Notes under the pieces: generated by a model
The model's input: only the letters and a program-made list of their open reading frames with translations
The model's database searches: none
Told to the model about the DNA's origin: nothing
Position numbers and translations under genes: made by a program
DNA from: Amoebidium appalachense
Taxonomy: Eukaryota; Protista; Ichthyosporea
Reading direction: 5' to 3'
DNA length: 64,000 nt
Assembly (NCBI GenBank): GCA_963693365.1
Contig: CAVNZM010000005.1
Location: 558,001-622,000 of the forward strand
Shown: positions 55,470 to 64,000 of the stretch, one piece after another
How the letters are laid out: every line of letters starts with the position of its first letter
Numbering within the stretch: position 1 is the stretch's first letter

Positions 55470-58168
55470 TGTCGTACCTACAAACAGAGTGTATATGAAC
55501 TACTCTAACTATCTGCACGCTTAAAGGGGCTCGAAACCGTGTATACGTATAAACTTTTCTTTGAGTTGGGTGGGAAGCGAGTTTCTTGTGTTCTGAGAAG
55601 AACTTCCAAAAGCCCGCGACCCCGCGAGACACTTCACAGACACGCGGCCCACTGGCCAGACAAATACCACAGTGACATTCAGCCAATCACAACACTCCCT
55701 CCCCCACAGACTACACGCACTCCACACCATTGGCTACCGCGACCTCAGACACCCCTACAGCACTACAACACGTACACACGTTTACTCACAATACATATAA
55801 GCATACACACACGCGAGCAGGCAACATGGGTCTCGCCACGCACACAGCAAGAAGCAATACAACATTTAACATGGAGAGTACGCAGAGGCATGGGGCATGC
55901 ACGCGCGCACCAAACAATCAGCCGCCGCTGCATCAGATTCTCCCCATACCACTGATTAATCTCCTCATACCCCATTTAGACCCCGGCATCACTATGCAAG
56001 AAAACCCCCGAAATTAACTCACCAAAACACAAAATATAGAAGTAAACTAATACGAATCAGCTCAGCACATGACAACTCCCCCCTCGCACAGAAAATAACT
56101 GAGTTCCACCTCAGTAAAAACTACCTAAAAACAAAATAAAGTTATGTGCTGAGCGACTACAACTACCGCTACCCATGCAGGAAGCAACATTTAACATATA
56201 ACATAAAACATATACATACATCCACACACCACCCCACCATGGTTAATACCCAACCCAACCCCAAAACAAGGATAATTATGAACCGCCACTGACGTTGCCC
56301 TGTAGATGCACCTCTGCCCCCGTCCACAATCTGCACCCAAAACCCCATGCCCCTGGCACAATGTTATATCGAGTGGAACATAGCAACAGACATGATAACA
56401 GACACCATCCATACAACCACACTCAGCATGCCCCATCCCCAAAGAATTCCTAACACAACCAAACATGCCGTGACGAACACCTCCAGACTCATGTGACGTA
56501 CACCTCCAGACTCTCTTGCTGGCCATTCCTCTACCCGACAAAGACTCCTACTACGTAGGTCCCGGTGGTTTGGGAATGCCTCCGCCCCAACCGTGCCCTA
56601 CCCAGCGGTGTGTCTAAGGCCTACTGCTGCACTGGGCACCACAACACTACTCAACAACACTACGGGCAGCCACTCCAAAGGGCCTCAACACCAGGCCCAG
56701 GGCAGCCACTCCAAGGGGCCTCAGCACCAGGCCCTTTGACGACGGGGGTTCACAACAGTGGGGGCCTGCCACTGCCATGACTACACTTCGACCCCCCCCC
56801 AGCCCCCTCGTCAGAGGGCCGAGCTCCCAGACAGCAGCAGGACTTTCTATTCCACTGACCCTAACCACACACGTCGCCAACACAGGACTCATACACACGT
56901 CGAAAACGCCAGGCACCAGTAGAAAACTCGCCGAAAAATAACACCACACAACAGTTACTCCCATAGTATTACAACAACAACAACCCAAGAGATGGCCTAC
57001 CCCCTAATAAAACCTTCATACCAGCAACACGGTCACCGACGTCCCTGCCCCCCACGACGGGGCTGTTTACACCACGCGTTGCCCCCGCTCCTTGCAGTTG
57101 TCACAGGTGCCTGGGAAAGAGCCTGGCGCCGGCTCTTGCTGTCCCGCCCCAAAGACGCCAGCCTGGCCCATCTGTTATCCCGTTGTGGCCGTGGCTGGTA
57201 GGGCTGGTAGCGCCGTGGGGAGGGTGACTGCCGCCGGTCCCCTCTGAGGCCTCTGCTGGGCAAACGGCCCTGAGCTTGCTAAGTCACCTAGGGAGGTCAA
57301 GGTCCTTAGCGAGGACTAAGTCCCCTGTGATACTAGTCCTACTGCTCATGTTGCCTAAGCCAACTGTTGCTAGCTGTAGGCCTGTGTGTGCGTATGTTTC
57401 TTCTACCTCTAACTGTCGAAAAAGTCCTAAGTCAAAGCCACTCATAACCGCTAGGCGTGAAGAGAAAAAAAAAAAAAACTAGGGGTGAAAGCAACAGCCC
57501 AGAAGGACTAACAGTGCGTGTGCCCCCTCCCTGCAAAAAACTGCAGAGAAAGGGGGTGTAGCTTGTCGTGGCTACAAACAGAGTGTATATGAACTACTCT
57601 AACTATCTGCACGCTTAAAGGGGCTCGAAACCGTGTATACGTATAAACTTTTCTTTGAGTTGGGTGGGAAGCGAGTTTCTTGTGTTCTGAGAAGAACTTC
57701 CAAAAGCCCGCGACCCCGCGAGACACTTCACAGACACGCGGCCCACTGGCCAGACAAATACCACAGTGACATTCAGCCAATCACAACACTCCCTCCCCCA
57801 CAGACTACACGCACTCCACACCATTGGCTACCGCGACCTCAGACACCCCTACAGCACTACAACACGTACACACGTTTACTCACAATACATATAAGCATAC
57901 ACACACGCGAGCAGGCAACATGGGTCTCGCCACGCACACAGCAAGAAGCAATACAACATTTAACATGGAGAGTACGCAGAGGCATGGGGCATGCACGCGC
58001 GCACCAAACAATCAGCCGCCGCTGCATCAGATTCTCCCCATACCACTGATTAATCTCCTCATACCCCATTTAGACCCCGGCATCACTATGCAAGAAAACC
58101 CCCGAAATTAACTCACCAAAACACAAAATATAGAAGTAAACTAATACGAATCAGCTCAGCACATGACA
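55470..58168 (-). mobile_element. Non-autonomous LTR element (Gypsy-derived, TRIM/LARD-like) nested in the Copia
   Basis: 605-bp LTRs at 55470-56074 and 57564-58168 (TG...CA), 5-bp TSD ACTAA, PPT GAGGGGGGAGT; ~1.5-kb interior with degenerate gag remnants and no pol. Confidence 0.93.
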
Positions 58169-58293
58169 ACTAAGTTCCCCCACTGCTTGTGCAATGTCTG
58201 GCCGGGTGGCCACCATTGCGTACATTAAGGAGCCCACAGCTCTGGCATAAGGAACTTGCCGCATCGCCACTCTCTCCTCCTCGCTTGCCGGAC

Positions 58294-61200
58294 TCATGGC
58301 CAGTTGCTCAACACGCATCGCTCCGGTAGCGGTGTTGACTTAGCCTTGCAGTCGACCATGTTGAAGCGCCGCATCAATGACTTGATGTACGTTTCCTGTG
58401 ACAATTTTATATCGCCTGTTGCAGCGTCACGACTGACCTGCACACCGAGTAGCAGCTTTGGCTCGCCGATCACCTTGACGGAGAACTTCGTCGCAACCTG
58501 CCTGACGAATTCTTGAATAAGATCATCTGTCGACGCCGCCACTAGCATGTCGTCCACATGCACAGCCACCACCGTCTTTCCACTTCCGTTGACCTTGAAG
58601 TAGACACATCGATCAGCTTCCACACGTGTGAAGCCAAGATCGACCATAGCCTCATGCATCTTCTCATTCCAGCACCTTGCTGCTTGCTTGAGGCCATACA
58701 GACTTTTGTGCAAACGACACACATAGTCTTCCTTTCCGGGTACCTCGTACCCACGCGGTTGCTGCATGTACAGCTCTTCCTTGATGTCGCCGTTCAGGAA
58801 CGCCGTGACGATATCTATTTGTGTGAGGTGCATGTTCTCTGCCGCTGCCATAGCGAAGAGAAGTCTGAAGCTGGTGAACTTGGCCACCGGGGCAAAGGTC
58901 TCTTCGTAGTCTATCCCCTCTTGCTGAGAGAAGCCCCTGGCCACACCACGGGCCTTGTAGCGCTCGACACTGCCGTCGGCGTTGCGTTTCATCTTGAAGA
59001 CCCACTTGAAGGAAACTGCCCGACGACCTGGTGGGAGTGGCACCAGTGACCATGTCCCATTCTTGACTAGAGATTCGTACTCCTCGTCCAGCGCAGCCTT
59101 CCACTTTGCACCATCTGGCCTGGAGATTGCTTCTTCCAGTGTCACAGGGTCATCCGAGTCCTCATTGCTATCAGCACTCTCAATTGCTATGCTGATACTG
59201 TCGCGGTACTCTACTACACCTGCGTTGATGCCGTAGGTCCCACCGCGCCTTGTAGTCATAGACGGATAGGCACTTCTGGTTGCAACCTGCAACTCTGCAC
59301 TATCTTCCTCGTCTCCTGACCCTGCCGCGTCCGAATCGCCGCTGTCCTCGCCCGCGCCGTCGCCGATAGCATCTGAATCATATCCACTGTCAGTGCCGAT
59401 TGTAGGCTTCCGAAAGGAATGTTGCTTCTTGGCGCTGATTGGATCCCTCGATTCCAAGCTCTGCTGATTTCCGATTGGCTTATGCATCAGCAATTCCATT
59501 GGCTCATCTTGCACCACCGGAATACCGGCCTTTGGGGTGCATGATTCATCGATCACCACATCTCGCCCGACGATAGTCTTGCGCGCCTCGGTGTCCCACA
59601 ACAAGTACGTCTTGCTGTCACCTGTGTAGCCGACGAATTTACACTCCCGACTCTTGGCGTCTAGCTTCCTGCGCTCGTCCTTCGGCACATGGACAAATGC
59701 CTTGCTACCAAATACACGTAGATGGCTAACATCGGGCTTCTCTCCATACCATGCCTCCCAAGGTGTCATGCCACCCAGTACTGTGGTTGGCGTCAGGTTC
59801 TTGATGTACACAGCTGCCTGTACTGCCAGCTGCCAGAACCCCATACTCATGCCTGCTGACTGCAGCATGCAGCGCGCCGTCTCGACAATGGTCCTGTTAG
59901 CCCTCTCTGCTACACCATTCTGCTCTGGTGTGTAAGGGACTGTCGCATCATGTTCAATGCCGCACGCTTCCAGGAACGACTTGAACTCAGTGGAGGTGTA
60001 CTCACCCCCGTTGTCGGAACGCAGAATCTTGATGCTGGCACCGTGTTGCTTCTCTACGTGTGCCTTGTACTTCTTGAAGTAAGTATGCACTTGGGATTTA
60101 TGTTTCATGAAGTACACCGTAGTGAACCTTGTCTTGTCGTCGATGAAGGTGACATAATACTTGGAACCTTGCAGCGACTCCTTGTTGAACGGTCCTGCCA
60201 CATCAGAATGAACTCTGTCGAGCTTCGCTGGCGCTGTCTTGCGGGGTAGCTTACTGAAAGAGAGCCGGGCTTGCTTCCCTCTCGCGCATCCCTCGCACAC
60301 ACCGTCATCCTGGGTTTTGCAGTCGATGCACAGACCCTCGACGATGTTTTCTTTAACCATCTTCTGTAGCGTGTTTATTGCCACATGACCAAACCGCCGG
60401 TGCCATAAACTGGCGCTGCCCTTTACCGGCTCACACACGGTGTTACCCCCACTGCTGCCGACTGCAGTGGTCACCATGTTCACGCTCTCACATACGGGTT
60501 TCACTAGGAGACGATACAGGCCTCCCTCCACTACCCCACGGGCCACAACTTGGCCATCTGTGGCACTCTCAATCGTACACTGTCGACCGTCGGTGATGCC
60601 TCTTAACCCGTGCTTGCCGGCGCTTGAAGCCGACATCACGTTAGTTCCAAATGCTGGCACGTACAGCACATTCTGCAGTCTAAATGTCATGCTGTTGCCC
60701 TGGAACTCACTTGTTAATCTTACGACGCCTATTCCTAGCGCCATCACACCCGGGGTGTTACCCAGAGCGACGGGTTTGGGTGTGATCGACCGGAAGTCTT
60801 CCATCCAGTCCTTTCGGCATGTGACATGGGAGGTTGCGCCGCAGTCCCAATACCACTCAGTTGAAGAAGGGAGTCCGCTGTTTACCGCCATGGCGAGTAT
60901 CTCCTTGGAAGCTCCGTTCTGCTTCGCCTTGTCGCCGCGATTGCCGCCCTTCTTCTTCTTTGGACACTGTGACTTGTAGTGCCCAAACTTGTGACATTTG
61001 TAACACTCCACCTTGGATATGTCAGTCACGCGCGGCTTGCCGGTGTCCTGTCGTGGCGTACCGCCGCGCCATTGGGTGCTGGTCATCATCACCCGCTGCT
61101 GTTCCCTTGCAGCCTCGTTCTCCTCAAAACCACGCAGCTTGGCGATTATCTTTTCCATTGTCTTCTCAGCTGCTGGTAAAGCTTGAATGGTCCTAACGTC

Positions 61201-61728
61201 GGTGCGGAATCGGTCGTCAGCGCCTACACCGTCCAGGAATTTCTCGGCAACCATGTCCTCACTAACTCCATTGGGATCGATATGAAGAAGATCCTGCACA
61301 ATGCACTCCAGGCGGGCCGCATACTCCAGCACGCTTTCCGTCGGCATCATATCAGCACGCCAGAACTGTTGAATCAACATTCTCTTGTGCTCATCTGTGT
61401 TGCGCGCAGCGTATGATGCTACCGTATCCCATATGTCCTTGGGATTTCCTACGGCAATAGCTCGCCGACACAGGCTTGCAGGTACATCACCTAGTGTCTC
61501 CACCAGGTAGGAAGTCGCCTTCTTCTGATCCAAGGGGTCGATCTCCACCGGAGGTTGCTCCACCGGTTCGCCGTCCTCTCCTATCACTTCAGGAGCCACG
61601 TCTTCAATCGTGTACCATAATTCCTCGCCCTCGAGGAAGCACTTCATGCGCATGGCCCACATTGAGTAGGAGATTTTGCCCTTGCCTTCTCCTTCATACA
61701 TGGGAACTGGACATTTTGCTCTTCCCAT
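58294..61728 (-). CDS. Copia Gag-Pol polyprotein (RT runs into a frameshift near 58300)
   Basis: CYKCHKFGHYKSQC, WYWDCGATSH, LWHRRFGH, LRSDNGGEY, SLYGLKQA, HVDD. Confidence 0.93.
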   Translation of the reverse strand: MGRAKCPVPMYEGEGKGKISYSMWAMRMKCFLEGEELWYTIEDVAPEVIGEDGEPVEQPPVEIDPLDQKKATSYLVETLGDVPASLCRRAIAVGNPKDIWDTVASYAARNTDEHKRMLIQQFWRADMMPTESVLEYAARLECIVQDLLHIDPNGVSEDMVAEKFLDGVGADDRFRTDVRTIQALPAAEKTMEKIIAKLRGFEENEAAREQQRVMMTSTQWRGGTPRQDTGKPRVTDISKVECYKCHKFGHYKSQCPKKKKGGNRGDKAKQNGASKEILAMAVNSGLPSSTEWYWDCGATSHVTCRKDWMEDFRSITPKPVALGNTPGVMALGIGVVRLTSEFQGNSMTFRLQNVLYVPAFGTNVMSASSAGKHGLRGITDGRQCTIESATDGQVVARGVVEGGLYRLLVKPVCESVNMVTTAVGSSGGNTVCEPVKGSASLWHRRFGHVAINTLQKMVKENIVEGLCIDCKTQDDGVCEGCARGKQARLSFSKLPRKTAPAKLDRVHSDVAGPFNKESLQGSKYYVTFIDDKTRFTTVYFMKHKSQVHTYFKKYKAHVEKQHGASIKILRSDNGGEYTSTEFKSFLEACGIEHDATVPYTPEQNGVAERANRTIVETARCMLQSAGMSMGFWQLAVQAAVYIKNLTPTTVLGGMTPWEAWYGEKPDVSHLRVFGSKAFVHVPKDERRKLDAKSRECKFVGYTGDSKTYLLWDTEARKTIVGRDVVIDESCTPKAGIPVVQDEPMELLMHKPIGNQQSLESRDPISAKKQHSFRKPTIGTDSGYDSDAIGDGAGEDSGDSDAAGSGDEEDSAELQVATRSAYPSMTTRRGGTYGINAGVVEYRDSISIAIESADSNEDSDDPVTLEEAISRPDGAKWKAALDEEYESLVKNGTWSLVPLPPGRRAVSFKWVFKMKRNADGSVERYKARGVARGFSQQEGIDYEETFAPVAKFTSFRLLFAMAAAENMHLTQIDIVTAFLNGDIKEELYMQQPRGYEVPGKEDYVCRLHKSLYGLKQAARCWNEKMHEAMVDLGFTRVEADRCVYFKVNGSGKTVVAVHVDDMLVAASTDDLIQEFVRQVATKFSVKVIGEPKLLLGVQVSRDAATGDIKLSQETYIKSLMRRFNMVDCKAKSTPLPERCVLSNWP

Positions 61729-62087
61729 CTTGTCTCAACAGTCGCTTGATCGTAGCGTTGTACTGGGCCCATAACCGTAACTTAGAGGTTTCTCTGTGAG
61801 ACTTTATTATTTGCTGACTTGCATTGACTGGCCCGCCGGGACCTTTATATACTTGTGGTCTGGCTCACTGGAATGTTACATACTATTCCCGATTGGTCTA
61901 CCCGCCGCTATGGATCTAGTCGCTACCAATCAAAGCACTCCAATAGAATCTTCTAGACTCTTCTAGATCTATCCTGATCTATCGTGAACCTATCCACCAG
62001 TTTATCCCGAATATCTCGAATATTCCCGATCACTAGTGCTACGCTAACGCAGGGCATACCGGATGGCTATCCTGTTCGACACTCACA

Positions 62088-62924
62088 ATGCCAACTTGCG
62101 CGGCTAACTACTGCAAAAATGACGAAGAAACAGTCTCTCCCAAAGATCCTACCAGGAAGATAAAGCATTTTACTGTTCCATATGGATGCAAACCAAATGT
62201 ATTGGCTAGGAGGCATGCTTGGTTAAATGCTATAGGCAGGCAGGAGCAAACAAAGTATGAGCGGAAACAAATAGCAGAACACACAAAGCAAGCACCCCCC
62301 GACCCAGACACACACACAGACACAAGGCCAAAGGCCTCGGATGGGACAGACGTAAATACAGACACAACCACTACTGAGACACACACAGCTGACACACAAT
62401 CCGAAAATGCCAATGACTCGGCTGTGCCAGCTGAGTAGTCGGCACAAGAACCACAACCAAAGAGGAAACGGGGGCAACCGAAGGTGGAAGTCCCCTGGCC
62501 ACTGGCTATCCTTAAGCAACTGGTTGTATGCGAGGCACATTTCACCGATGATGATATTACTGCTAAGAATGGAAAACTGAAATTAACAAAGGATGCATGT
62601 CCCATCCGAATGGAACTAGACCCGATGTACAGAGAGAAGGTACAGCTATTGAGGGAGGAAAGGGCCAATAGTCATATGCAAGCTGTAGGAATGGATGCCT
62701 CAGATAATGAGCAAACACGGAAACGAGCGAGGGAGCGGGGGGAGACGAGCAGTGAGAGGGCTTTTGGGCGCATGAAAAATTATCGGCTGTTTAGCAATCA
62801 GGTGCAGATGTCGATGGTAGGCACCCATTGGATGGTAGCTAAGGCTGTGGCTTTCTTGTGTAACATGCAAGAGCCACTATATAAGGATATGGTGGGGCCC
62901 GGGCACACCAAAAGCATGGTGTAG
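62088..62924 (+). pseudogene. THAP-domain transposase remnant (ISL2EU/Harbinger-like DDE C-terminus), internally deleted, in-frame stop at 62436
   Basis: MPTCAANYC...AWLNAIGR, then in the same frame VVCEAHF...ACPI, then ERAFGRMKNYRLF...AFLCNMQEPL, resembling the DDE_Tnp_4 C-terminal motif. Confidence 0.7.
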
Positions 62925-62967
62925 AATTTTCGTTTTCGATTGCCTCTCCCTAAAGCCCCCTTCTCTG

Positions 62968-63054
<87 letters not shown>

Positions 63055-63248
63055 AAAATATGAATGAATGCTTGCATGTATGTATTCGGCCAGTAGGGCT
63101 CCACTTTTCCTGTATAGGAAAATAATAATAATAATTGAAATTATTATGTATTTGTGTGCCAAGTACAACCTTGAGTCGTTCTCTCCCCCCCTCCCCCCCC
63201 CCCCCCCTCCCCCCCTTCACACACACACACAACCACGCACACACGGAA

Positions 63249-63299
<51 letters not shown>

Positions 63300-63548
63300 T
63301 TTGCACACACGCACGCATGCACGCCCCCCCCCCCCCCCCACACACGTGTGTGTGTGTGTGTGGGGGGGGGGGGGGGGCAGGTAGGCACGTATGCAAACAC
63401 CAAGGGGGGAGGAGGGACCGGGGGGAGGGGGGGGGGGGGGGGGGGTAGGAAACATATGCAGGCACCAGGGTCTGGTACATTGCTCTCAGATTTGACACAC
63501 GGTCTTCATTCATTCATTATAGGTTCACTAGATCGGTCAGAAGATCAC

Positions 63549-63648
<100 letters not shown>

Positions 63649-63671
63649 CACATTATGAAAGATAACGTAAA

Positions 63672-63704
<33 letters not shown>

Positions 63705-64000
63705 AAGGAAAACAGAATCATTCAGTTGCATTTTCAGTGTTCGTGTTCACTTCTTCTTCTTCTTCCACTTTTTGTGGTTTTCTGCCCTGTATGATGGATA
63801 CATTTGCACCATAAACTTTTCATTCCAGGTAAAACTATACTTGTGTCCAGTAGGGTCTATTTGCTGTACAAATGCACGGAGCCCTACAAGGTCAGGCTTG
63901 TACTACATGATTGGGCCAATTCTTCTACACTTGGTCCTACTATCCGCCTCTTTTTCGTACCATCTGCATATTGCATCTCTATAACCTCTTCACCCTCATC

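Larger units (their letters stand above)
54435..62081 (-). mobile_element. Ty1/Copia LTR retrotransposon, interrupted
   Basis: About 306-bp LTRs at 54435-54740 and 61777-62081, 5-bp TSD CTCAC, PBS GGTTATGGGCCCAG on the minus strand, order gag-PR-IN-RT-RH. Confidence 0.96.

Overview
Eukaryotic, intron-rich genomic DNA, probably a protist (taxon not determinable from sequence alone). Introns are full of poly-C/poly-G runs, (CA)n/(GT)n and minisatellites, and several isolated frameshifts sit in homopolymers, so assembly error is likely. The left ~39 kb holds six host genes that I spliced by hand: an ATP-grasp ligase, a histidine phosphatase, canonical poly(A) polymerase (16 exons), an LYR-motif protein, a J-domain protein and a HotDog-fold protein (minus strand). 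The right ~25 kb is a transposon stack. It contains an internally deleted THAP/P element (8-bp TSD, triplicated left TIR) abutting a non-autonomous element with ~320-bp TIRs, which carries a full-length chromodomain Ty3/Gypsy element. Next comes a Ty1/Copia element inserted just upstream of a THAP-transposase remnant and itself interrupted by a non-autonomous Gypsy derivative. The most notable signals are three: a non-canonical primer-binding site shared by both Gypsy-type elements and complementary to a tRNA 5' end, a gag UGA followed by a large stem-loop and an open frame (candidate readthrough), and a ~140-bp intronic hairpin in the PAP gene.
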